Shown piece by piece: positions 46,865 through 55,280 of a stretch of DNA of 64,000 nt. Both the position numbers and the translations under genes were made by a program. This DNA comes from Gemmatimonadota bacterium. GTDB taxonomy: Bacteria > Gemmatimonadota > Gemmatimonadetes > Longimicrobiales > Gaopeijiaceae. The stretch covers positions 18,279-82,278 of the forward strand of contig JAHEKM010000001.1 of the NCBI GenBank assembly GCA_024638325.1. The letters run 5' to 3'. Position 1 is the stretch's first letter. Each line of letters begins with the position of its first letter. The notes beneath the pieces were generated by a model. That model was not told the origin of the DNA. It saw only the letters and a program-made list of their open reading frames with translations, and did not search any database.

Positions 46865-48333
46865 GTGGGGATCGCCGGCTGGGGCTGCTGTACTGGGCGG
46901 CTGCGCTCGTGACGCTCATCGTCCTGCGTGTACCCTACCTGACCTCGCCCGCGTACATCCTGGACAACGACGAAGCCGTGCTCGCGATCATGGCGAGACA
47001 CTTCGCCGCTGGGGAGGGGATTCCGCTCTACTTCGCCGGGCAGAACTACGGCCTCGCGATCTTCGAGGCGCTTCCCCTGGGAATAGCCTTTCGACTGTTC
47101 TACGAGTCGGATACCGTCGTCGCGCTGACCATGCTGGCATTGTTTTGCATGGGCGTCGTGGCTTACACGCACGCGCTCGGCCACCTCGCCGGCGACCGTG
47201 CCTGGGGTCGGTCTTTGGCACTTGTCCTGGCCATGCTTCCCGGTTGGATCGTCTGGTCCATGAAGGCGCGCGGCATCTATGTGTCCGGCTTTGTCCTTTC
47301 GGGCCTCGCGTTGGCCCTCCTCGCCCGGCCCGACCCGTCGCGTATCTCTCTGCTGATGGCCGGCTTTCTGTTGGGCCTCGTTGGTCTCGTGCAGCCGCTC
47401 TGGCTCACGGTGGCGGCACCCTTCCTACTTCTCGTGCGACGCCCCCCTCGAGAGGTGGCTACCGCGGGTCTCCTGACCACGGGAGTGTGGTTGCTCGCCT
47501 GGGTCTTCGGGCCGCAGGGCGAGGCGTTCTGGCAACCGCGGCCCCTGGAGGGTCTCATGCTCGAGCGCCTACGGTTCGCACCCCAGGTACTGCTCCGGGC
47601 GTTCTCTGGACGCGTGGCGCCCAACGAGCCGGGCCTCACGTCGACCCTGATCGGAGTCGGCTCCGTGCTCGCCTACTTCAGCCTGATGGCCGGAACCGCC
47701 TGGCAGGCGGTCCGGCACCGTTCGCGCGCGGCCCTCCTGGTGAGCGTTGCGATGTGTGCGAGCGTGCTGGTCATCCTCGTGATGCGGGTCTGGGTACCCC
47801 GGTACTTCCTGCCGTGTAGTGTCCTGGCCATCGTCGCCGGTGCGCTCTGGATCAGAGAGCGTGGCGTCCAGTTCGCCGGAGTGCCACGGCTGGCCACGAT
47901 CGGGCTCTTGGTTCTCCTGGCCGCAGCCGCGACTCGGGTGGGGCGGGCCTCCTCGTCGAGCACGCTGGCCGCAGTACCCGCCCGCGACGACATTCGCACC
48001 CTGATCGAGTCGCTCGAGCGGGACGGGGTGCGCGGAGTGTACGCACAGAGCCCAGACGTGCAGTGGCAGATTCTGTATTACGGCAACGAACGCATCCCCG
48101 CTCGTGGGCTGAGGCGCGAGGACCGCTACCCCCGCTTCCCGGCCGCCGTGGCCGAAGCCTGGCGCGACGGTGCTCCAACCGCGTATGTGGCGAACATCCG
48201 TCAGCTGCGCGGCGACGTGCCCACCGACTCGTTTCCAGGCTACCGAGTCGGGGAGCGGTATCTTCGCCTGGATGATCCGGATGCGGCCCTGCTCTTCGCG
48301 ATGGGCTTCGTGGTCGACCCTCGATCAGAGTGA
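46861..48333 (+). CDS. polytopic membrane glycosyltransferase-like protein (GT39/GT83, ArnT/PMT-like)
   Basis: GTGA overlap and about 10 or more TM helices. The N-terminal loop motif ILDNDEAV resembles the GT-C acidic loop, and a soluble C-terminal domain follows. Confidence 0.55.
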   Translation: MSGDRRLGLLYWAAALVTLIVLRVPYLTSPAYILDNDEAVLAIMARHFAAGEGIPLYFAGQNYGLAIFEALPLGIAFRLFYESDTVVALTMLALFCMGVVAYTHALGHLAGDRAWGRSLALVLAMLPGWIVWSMKARGIYVSGFVLSGLALALLARPDPSRISLLMAGFLLGLVGLVQPLWLTVAAPFLLLVRRPPREVATAGLLTTGVWLLAWVFGPQGEAFWQPRPLEGLMLERLRFAPQVLLRAFSGRVAPNEPGLTSTLIGVGSVLAYFSLMAGTAWQAVRHRSRAALLVSVAMCASVLVILVMRVWVPRYFLPCSVLAIVAGALWIRERGVQFAGVPRLATIGLLVLLAAAATRVGRASSSSTLAAVPARDDIRTLIESLERDGVRGVYAQSPDVQWQILYYGNERIPARGLRREDRYPRFPAAVAEAWRDGAPTAYVANIRQLRGDVPTDSFPGYRVGERYLRLDDPDAALLFAMGFVVDPRSE

Positions 48334-48352
48334 AGTCGTGAGCGAGAACGTC

Positions 48353-48970
48353 ATGAGGCTCGAACCCACTTCCGTGCCCGACGTCGTCGACGTTCTGCAC
48401 GAGTCGTTCTTCGACTATCCGGTCATGCGCTTCGTGCTCGGGTCCGATGTTGCCGACTACCCGGCGCAACTCCGGATGCTGATCCGCCTCTTCGTGATGG
48501 CACGCGTCTTCCGCGACGAGGTGCTTCTGGGCATTCGGTCCGGTGAGGGCCTCGTCGCCACGGCGCTCGTCTCCCGGCCCGGGAGCGGACCGGCCCCGGC
48601 CGAGTTCCACGAGCTGAGGGCGGAGGTGTGGAGCCGTTTGGGGTCCGAAGCAGAGAGGCGCTACGGTGCCTTCGCCGACGCGTGCGCGCCCTTCCAGGTC
48701 GCCGAGTCGCACCTCCATCTCAACATGATCGGAGTGAGGCGTTCCGCTCAGGGCTCGGGACTCGCCCGGCACCTCCTCGAGGCCGTGCACGAGATGGAAG
48801 ACGAGGACGAGGACGCGCAGGGTGTGTCTCTCACCACCGAGAACCCGGACAACGTTCCGCTCTACCAGCACTTCGGGTATCGGATCGTGGGCACGTCCGA
48901 CGTGGGACCTGGGCTGACGACATGGGGGCTTTACCGCCAGGGCCGCCGACACGAAGGAGTCGTTCGATGA
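48353..48970 (+). CDS. GNAT-family acetyltransferase
   Basis: IGVRRSAQGSGLARHLL plus NVPLYQHFGY. An alternative GTG start lies at 48338. Confidence 0.65.
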   Translation: MRLEPTSVPDVVDVLHESFFDYPVMRFVLGSDVADYPAQLRMLIRLFVMARVFRDEVLLGIRSGEGLVATALVSRPGSGPAPAEFHELRAEVWSRLGSEAERRYGAFADACAPFQVAESHLHLNMIGVRRSAQGSGLARHLLEAVHEMEDEDEDAQGVSLTTENPDNVPLYQHFGYRIVGTSDVGPGLTTWGLYRQGRRHEGVVR

Positions 48971-49524
48971 GCGCGACGCCGCCGTGGTGGACCGACCCCT
49001 GGGACCTGACAGCCGATATGGACAAGATCCACCAGCAGTGGGTGATCGTCCGCCGACTGCTCGAGAACGAGAGCTTGTCCGGGCGGCGCGACCCGGAGAT
49101 CTCGGACTGGAGTTGCGGCGAGCAGGCAGTGCACATGCTGCTCATCGCTCTGACCATGGCCGACCACATCGAGGGCAACCTGGACGAGCCAGACAGAGGT
49201 CGTGGGGAGAGCCTCCAGGACGTCGCCTCGCGGGTGCTGACGAAGGGCGGTTTCAGCCGCGGTGTCGCCAAGGCGCCTCCCGAATTTCGCCCGGATCAAA
49301 CGCCGCCGGACCAGCGATCGGAGCTTCTGGGGTCGACCATCGCTGCCTGGGAGCGGCTGAGCGCCCGTGCGGACGAGATCGAACGATGTCCTGCGCGAGC
49401 GCTGCACTTCGTGCTCGGCTACCTCACGAGCTCCGAATGGGTGCGCATGTGCGCAGTCCACAACGCCCATCACCTGCGGATTGTGCTGGACATCGTGGGC
49501 GAAGAGGCATTGGTCGCGAAGTGA
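48967..49524 (+). CDS. DinB_2-like protein
   Basis: ATGA overlap. GEQAVHMLL ... VHNAHHLRI gives a His pattern typical of the DinB superfamily. Confidence 0.55.
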   Translation: MSATPPWWTDPWDLTADMDKIHQQWVIVRRLLENESLSGRRDPEISDWSCGEQAVHMLLIALTMADHIEGNLDEPDRGRGESLQDVASRVLTKGGFSRGVAKAPPEFRPDQTPPDQRSELLGSTIAAWERLSARADEIERCPARALHFVLGYLTSSEWVRMCAVHNAHHLRIVLDIVGEEALVAK

Positions 49525-50021
49525 GCGTGCACGACGAACCCATCGACCCGCGCGTCGATGTCGGTCACGTACACCTCAAGGTCTCCGACCTCGAGCGTGC
49601 CGTCGCCTTCTACACCGAGGTGCTCGGCTTCGAGCTGACTCAGCGGTACGGAACGCAGGCCGCGTTCCTGAGCGCCGGCGGATACCACCATCACGTCGGG
49701 CTGAACACGTGGGAGTCGCGAGGCGGCCCCCCGCCAGCACCGGGGACGACTGGCCTCTTCCATGTCGCGTTCCGGTACCCGGACAGGGCCGCATTGGCAG
49801 TCGCCCTGCGAAGGCTCCTCGACCATGGTGTCGCCCTCGACGGAGCATCGGACCACGGCGTGTCCGAGGCTCTATATCTGCGCGACCCGGACGGGAACGG
49901 CATCGAGCTCTACTGGGATCGACCGCGCCAGGACTGGCCGCTGGACGAGTCGGGTGGTCTCCAGATGGTCACGCGCCCGCTGGAACTCCAGGAGCTGCTG
50001 GAAAGCGCCTCGGGCGCCTAG
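49521..50021 (+). CDS. VOC/glyoxalase-family protein (catechol 2,3-dioxygenase-like)
   Basis: GTGA overlap. VGHVHLKVSDLERAVAFYTEVLGF...YHHHVGLN...SEALYLRDPDGNGIELY matches the family. Confidence 0.82.
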   Translation: MSVHDEPIDPRVDVGHVHLKVSDLERAVAFYTEVLGFELTQRYGTQAAFLSAGGYHHHVGLNTWESRGGPPPAPGTTGLFHVAFRYPDRAALAVALRRLLDHGVALDGASDHGVSEALYLRDPDGNGIELYWDRPRQDWPLDESGGLQMVTRPLELQELLESASGA

Positions 50022-50028
50022 CAGAGAG

Positions 50029-50436
50029 TCAGTCTCCGCGGGTCCCCATGAACGGCTGTCCACCTCCGCGCGGACCTTCGATGGTCCCCTCCATGAAGTC
50101 CCCCTCGTACGTCCCGGTGTAGGTCGTGGTGATCGAGCCTCGGCCGCCGACCTCGAACGTGACGGCGAACGAGAAGGAGGCACCGTCGACGGAGCCGTCG
50201 GAGATCTCGATGGGCTCCCCGCCCCCGCGCCCTCCTCCTCTCGGCCCACCGCCCATGGCGGTGAGCGTACCGGTGATCGTGGACCCCTGCTGTTGAACGA
50301 CGAGCGTCTGGGTCACGGATCCGCGACGCCCCTGGGAAGTGATCTGCCAGGTGCCGGACATGTTCTGCGCCGACGCGGGGGCCGCGGAGAAGGCGGCCGC
50401 CAGGGCCACGAGCGTGAGGACTGCGCGGATCTTCAT
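50029..50436 (-). CDS. secreted Gly/Arg-rich hypothetical protein
   Basis: Signal peptide MKIRAVLTLVALAAAFSAAPASAQ followed by GGGPRGGGRGGG low-complexity loops. Start trimmed to 50436. Confidence 0.5.
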   Translation of the reverse strand: MKIRAVLTLVALAAAFSAAPASAQNMSGTWQITSQGRRGSVTQTLVVQQQGSTITGTLTAMGGGPRGGGRGGGEPIEISDGSVDGASFSFAVTFEVGGRGSITTTYTGTYEGDFMEGTIEGPRGGGQPFMGTRGD

Positions 50437-50518
50437 GGTGTCGATCTCCGGAAGCGTTGATGCCACTGACTACGAGACCCCGCCGCACGGCCAGACGTTA
50501 GGAGACGACGAGCAGTCG

Positions 50519-50899
50519 TCACCGGTCCCCGTCGTCCTCCTGGCTCGAGCGCTTGGGGGTATCTCCTCCCCTCACGAGCTGTTCGATCTGGCCGATGAGT
50601 GAATCCGAGCCGGCTTCGCTGACGCCAAAGAAGCCGTCGCTCGACCCCTCTTCCTCGAGCTTGCGCGCGACCCCGTGGAGGTTCAACCAGGCGTCGAAGC
50701 GCTCGCTGATACGAACCACCGAGTAGAAGAGCCGCGGCCGGCGTCCGCGCCCCGCGATGAAGTCGAGGATGATCGCCCCGATCGACAGCCCGAAGACGAC
50801 CATGTCCTTGAAGCCGTCTAACGTGAGCTTGAGTTGGAAGATCGCAAAGTCACGGAGCGTCACGCCCCGCGACTCGACCATCATCGGCTTGCTTGCCAT
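50519..50899 (-). CDS. hypothetical membrane-associated protein
   Basis: 126 aa with one hydrophobic helix (MVVFGLSIGAIILDFI) and GC3 bias. Confidence 0.45.
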   Translation of the reverse strand: MASKPMMVESRGVTLRDFAIFQLKLTLDGFKDMVVFGLSIGAIILDFIAGRGRRPRLFYSVVRISERFDAWLNLHGVARKLEEEGSSDGFFGVSEAGSDSLIGQIEQLVRGGDTPKRSSQEDDGDR

Positions 50900-51086
50900 G
50901 GCTCCTTCCCGACCGAGTTACCTGCGCGGAGTGGCCGCGCGGACATCACTACGGGCACATCGTCCGAAGGGTTCGTTCTCAGCAGGGCGGTCCGGCCACG
51001 TGTCGAGGAAATCCCGGCACCCGCTGGCCAGGAACCTTTCGCCGGGCGTACCATACGAAAACTCTCCGTCCGTACCCTGCTCCGAC

Positions 51087-51974
51087 ATGATTCACCCGAT
51101 GCGGCCATCCGTGCCACCCCGCCACCGAGCGGTCCTCGTTGCGACCCTTCTGGTCGCCGCCGCATGCTCATCGGAGTCGCCAGAGCGCGGCGCGACCAGC
51201 CAGCGGCAGGTCGGCTCCGAGTTCATGACGCAGCAGGCGCCCCAGCTATCTCCGCAGGCAGACCGGTCGATCTTCTCGGACCCGCGCGGTCCATATTTGC
51301 CGCCCGACGAGCTCCGGCGCACCGCCGGCCGGTTCCCCTTCTACTGGACCCGCGCGATGTACTCGGGGAACGGATGGAGGGGTGGTTCGTGGGCGGTGGA
51401 CTTCCCGAAGAGCGACCAGCAGTTCCTGATCGTCATCAAGCGGCTCGTTCGCCTGAACGCCTACGACTGGGAGAACCCGGTCGGGCTGTGGGACCCGGAC
51501 CTCCGCCGGTTTCCGCTGATCTACATGCTCGAAGTCGGCGGCATGAACCTGACGGAGGTCGAGGTCGAAGGGCTTCGCAGCTACATGGAGGCCGGCGGCT
51601 TCGTCATCGTCGACGATTTCTGGGGTCCGCGCGAGTGGGACATCTTCATGTACAACATCCGTCGCGTTTTCCCGGGTAAGGCCATCGTCGACATCGACCT
51701 CGACCACCCGATCTACTCGGCCTACTACAACATCGAGGAAGTGGTCCAGGTCCCCGCGGTGAACAACGTCTACCAACGCACCGAATGCTACGGGTGTTTT
51801 CCGCAGGTGAAGGGGATGTACGACGACGACGGTCGCCTCATGATGATGATCAACTTCAACACCGATCTCGGAGACGCGTGGGAGTGGGCCGAGGATCCCC
51901 GGTACCCGCTCGACCTGTCTACGTATGCGTACCAGATGGGTGCGAACATGATCGTCTACGCGATGACTCACTGA
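51087..51974 (+). CDS. DUF4159-domain lipoprotein, associated with MoxR/vWA clusters
   Basis: Lipobox LLVAAAC, then GGSWAVDFPKSDQQFL, FPLIYMLEVGGMNLTEVEVEGLRSYMEAGGFVIVDDFWG and a C-terminal ...GANMIVYAMTH. Start trimmed to the ATG at 51087. Confidence 0.65.
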   Translation: MIHPMRPSVPPRHRAVLVATLLVAAACSSESPERGATSQRQVGSEFMTQQAPQLSPQADRSIFSDPRGPYLPPDELRRTAGRFPFYWTRAMYSGNGWRGGSWAVDFPKSDQQFLIVIKRLVRLNAYDWENPVGLWDPDLRRFPLIYMLEVGGMNLTEVEVEGLRSYMEAGGFVIVDDFWGPREWDIFMYNIRRVFPGKAIVDIDLDHPIYSAYYNIEEVVQVPAVNNVYQRTECYGCFPQVKGMYDDDGRLMMMINFNTDLGDAWEWAEDPRYPLDLSTYAYQMGANMIVYAMTH

Positions 51975-51981
51975 GGCCAAC

Positions 51982-54270
51982 GTGGAAAACCTCTTCGAGC
52001 TTCTCTTCAAGTACCGCCCCCTCGTCTTCGAGCAGGCGGACTTCGCGTTCGCCGCACCGATCTCGTTTCGCACCTGGCTCGGCATCGCCGGACTGATCGC
52101 CGCGAGCGCCGTGGCGACGTACACCATCGCGCGCGGCAAGAGCACGGTCACGGACCGGGGCGTGATGGCCGGGCTGAGGGTTGCGCTGCTCGCGACGCTC
52201 GTCTTCTGCCTCATGCAGCCCGCGCTGTCACTCTCCACCGTCGTGCCACAGCAGAACTTCGTCGGCGTCCTCATGGACGACTCGCGGAGCATGCAGCTCG
52301 AGGGCGACGACGGGACCGTCAGGAGTTCCTTCTACTCAGAGGCGTTCACGCCCGAGGAGAGTCCGCTCCTGCAAGCGCTCTCCGAGAGGTTCGCGCTCCG
52401 CTTCTTCCGCTTCTCCGACGTCGCCAGGCGGGTCGACGGCCTCGAGGAGATGACCTTCAACGGCACGCACACCAACCTCGCGAACGCGCTCGATGCAGCC
52501 CGCGCCGAGCTGTCGGGCGTGCCGCTCTCAGGCCTGGTCATGGTGACCGACGGGGCGGATACGGGTGAGCGCCCGCTCACCGAGGCGATCGTCCCGCTTC
52601 AGGCGGCGGGCGTCCCCGTCTTCACGGTCGGACTAGGTGAGGAGTCCCTCGAGCCCGACATCGAACTGGGCCGAGTCGAGCTTCCGCGCCGGGTGCTGCA
52701 GGGCTCTACGTTGATGGTCGACGTCGTCGTAACCCAGAACGGATTCCGACCCGGGACGGCTGTCCCGATCATCATCGAGGACGATACGCGCATCCTCACC
52801 GAGGAGACCGTAGAGCTGGGCGCCGACGGCGAGCCGGTCGTGGCGCGCATCGGTATCGAGCTTCCGGAAGCGGGCGCGCGCCGGGTGCGCTTCAGCATCC
52901 CGTCGCAGGCTGGCGAGCGCGTGGACCGCAACAACGCTCGCAACGCGTGGGTCGACGTCGTCGGCGAGCGGGAGAAGATCCTCTACTTCGAGGGCGAGCC
53001 GCGCTGGGAAGTGAAATTCATGCGTCGTGCCGTGTCGGGCGATGAGAACCTCCAGCTCGTCCTGTTGCAGCGCACCGCCGAGAGCAAGTTCCTCCGCCTC
53101 GAGGTCAGCGACAGCACCGAGCTCGAGTTCGGCTTCCCGACCACACGCGAGGAGCTGTACCGGTACCGCGCACTGGTGATCGGAAGCGTGGAGGCCTCGT
53201 TCTTCACGCACGATCAGCTCCAGATGATCGCCGACTTCGTGTCCGAGCGCGGAGGGGGCCTGCTCTTCCTGGGTGGGTTGAGCGCGTTCGCCGAGGGCGG
53301 CTGGGCCGGCACGCCCGTCGAAGAGGTGATGCCGGTGATCCTCGGCGAGCCGTCGAGAGGCGAGTTCGGCTACTTCAGCGAGATCGAGGTGATGCCGACA
53401 CCGGCCGGATACGCCCATCCGGCGGTCCAGCTCGACGCCGAGCCGCTCGAGCTGCAGGAGCGCTGGGAGGCTCTACCGCCGCTGACCGTCGTGAACCCGC
53501 TGACCGAGGTGCGGCCGGGTGCGACCGTCCTGCTGAACGGAGACCGCACCGAGGGCGGCCCCCGACAGGTGGTGCTGGCCTACCAGCGCTACGGCCGAGG
53601 TGTCTCCATCGCCTTGACCGCGCAGGACACGTGGCTGTGGCAGATGCACGCCGACGTGCCGCTCGAGGACCAGAGCCACGAGTCCTTTTGGAAGCAGATG
53701 CTCCGTTGGCTCGTCGACGGTGTGCCCGACCCGGTCGTCGCGAGCTCGGCCGAAGAGGAGGTCGAGCCGGGCGAGACCGTGGCGCTCACCGCCTCGGTGC
53801 GTGACTCGACGTTCATTGACGTGAACGACGCCACGGTGCTCGCGAGGGTCACCGGCCCATCGGGCCTCACGGAGGAGATCCCGCTCGAGTGGACGGTCGA
53901 AGAGGACGGAGCGTATGCCGGCTCGTATCGGCCGACGCAGCAGGGTGACTACGAGGTCGAGATCGTGGCGATGCGCCAGGGCGCCCCGCTCGGCTCGGCG
54001 ATCACCTACCTGCACTCCGCTCCCAGCGACCGTGAGTTCTTCGGCGCCGCGCGTCGCACGCAGCTACTGCAGCGCATCGCCGAAGACACGGGCGGCCAGT
54101 ACTACACCCCCGAGACCGTGTCGCGCCTGCCTGAAGACATCACCATCAGCGGCGCGGGCGTGACGCTGACGGAGGAGCTGGACCTCTGGGACATGCCGGC
54201 CCTCTTCCTGCTCATGCTCCTCCTCATGGGAGCCGAGTGGGGCTACCGACGGATCCGGGGGCTCGTTTGA
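51982..54270 (+). CDS. membrane-anchored vWA-domain protein with a GATase1-like (DUF1355-like) module
   Basis: Two N-terminal TMs and a MIDAS LMDDSRSM (DxSxS), with ...TNL...VMVTDGAD. The mid-protein segment YRALVIGSVEASFF...ERGGGLLFLGG follows, and the protein ends in a C-terminal TM. GTG start. Confidence 0.7.
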   Translation: MENLFELLFKYRPLVFEQADFAFAAPISFRTWLGIAGLIAASAVATYTIARGKSTVTDRGVMAGLRVALLATLVFCLMQPALSLSTVVPQQNFVGVLMDDSRSMQLEGDDGTVRSSFYSEAFTPEESPLLQALSERFALRFFRFSDVARRVDGLEEMTFNGTHTNLANALDAARAELSGVPLSGLVMVTDGADTGERPLTEAIVPLQAAGVPVFTVGLGEESLEPDIELGRVELPRRVLQGSTLMVDVVVTQNGFRPGTAVPIIIEDDTRILTEETVELGADGEPVVARIGIELPEAGARRVRFSIPSQAGERVDRNNARNAWVDVVGEREKILYFEGEPRWEVKFMRRAVSGDENLQLVLLQRTAESKFLRLEVSDSTELEFGFPTTREELYRYRALVIGSVEASFFTHDQLQMIADFVSERGGGLLFLGGLSAFAEGGWAGTPVEEVMPVILGEPSRGEFGYFSEIEVMPTPAGYAHPAVQLDAEPLELQERWEALPPLTVVNPLTEVRPGATVLLNGDRTEGGPRQVVLAYQRYGRGVSIALTAQDTWLWQMHADVPLEDQSHESFWKQMLRWLVDGVPDPVVASSAEEEVEPGETVALTASVRDSTFIDVNDATVLARVTGPSGLTEEIPLEWTVEEDGAYAGSYRPTQQGDYEVEIVAMRQGAPLGSAITYLHSAPSDREFFGAARRTQLLQRIAEDTGGQYYTPETVSRLPEDITISGAGVTLTEELDLWDMPALFLLMLLLMGAEWGYRRIRGLV

Positions 54271-55280
54271 GAAGCCACACCCTTCGGGCCCTAGGCATCG
54301 CGCTGCTCTCCATTGCCTCGGCGAGCGCCGTCAGCGCACAGAGCCGCACGCACGTGGTCATCGTCGTGGGTCTCGGCGGCGCGTCGGAGTTCCGGGAGAG
54401 CTTCCACGACGAGGCCTCGCAGATCTACACAGCCCTTACCGAGCAGCACGGTCTCTCGGCTGACGACGTCACGTATCTCGGCGAGAACCCGGAGATCGCG
54501 CCACAGATGATCTCCGGCGAATCGACACGGGCGAACATCCTGCAGAAGCTCGCCGAGCTGTCGCAGCGGGCGGGGCCAGACGACAAGGTCGTCATGATTC
54601 TCATCGGGCACGGCACCGATGGACGCAACGGAGCGCAGTTCAACCTCCCCGGTCCGGACCTGAGCCCGTCCGACTTCGATCTCGCCGCCACAGCCTTCCC
54701 GACCCAACCCCTCGCGCTCGTCCACACGGGCAGCGCGGGCGGCGGCTTTGTCCAGCCGCTTGCGGGCCCGAACCGTGTGATCATTTCCGCGACGGCCAGC
54801 GTGCGTGAGGCCAATGCCACCGAGTTCGGTCAGTTCTTCGCGGCTGCCATGGCCGGGGGCGGCTCCGATCTCGATCACGACAACCGCATCTCGCTGCTCG
54901 AGGCGTTCATCTACGCCAAGCAGGAGACCGAGCGGTACTACGAGGAAGAGAACGAGATGCTGTCCGAGCACGCCGTGCTCGAGGACGATGGAGACGGCCA
55001 GGCGAGTCAGGACGCCAGCCTCGACGGCCCCGACGGGCTTCTGGCCGCCACGTTCACCTTCGGGCTGGGAACCGGAGTCCTGGAGGGTGGAGCGGTCGAC
55101 GACCCGGTGCTGGCCGGCCTTCTGGCCGAGCGGGACGAGATCCAGCGACAGATCGACGAACTCCGGGTCGTGCGAAACGCCTTGAGCGAGGACGAGTACC
55201 TCGACCGCATGGAGCCACTCCTGATCGAGCTGGCACTCAAGAACCGGGAGATCGAAGCCGCCAGTGGTGGAGGCCGGTGA
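54267..55280 (+). CDS. secreted legumain/C13-peptidase-like protein lacking the catalytic Cys
   Basis: TTGA start/stop overlap and a signal peptide. HVVIVVGLGG, VVMILIGHGTDG (the His-Gly dyad) and LALVHTGSAGGGF occur in order; the last occupies the position where C13 enzymes have A-C. A C-terminal coiled coil follows. Confidence 0.5.
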   Translation: MRSHTLRALGIALLSIASASAVSAQSRTHVVIVVGLGGASEFRESFHDEASQIYTALTEQHGLSADDVTYLGENPEIAPQMISGESTRANILQKLAELSQRAGPDDKVVMILIGHGTDGRNGAQFNLPGPDLSPSDFDLAATAFPTQPLALVHTGSAGGGFVQPLAGPNRVIISATASVREANATEFGQFFAAAMAGGGSDLDHDNRISLLEAFIYAKQETERYYEEENEMLSEHAVLEDDGDGQASQDASLDGPDGLLAATFTFGLGTGVLEGGAVDDPVLAGLLAERDEIQRQIDELRVVRNALSEDEYLDRMEPLLIELALKNREIEAASGGGR

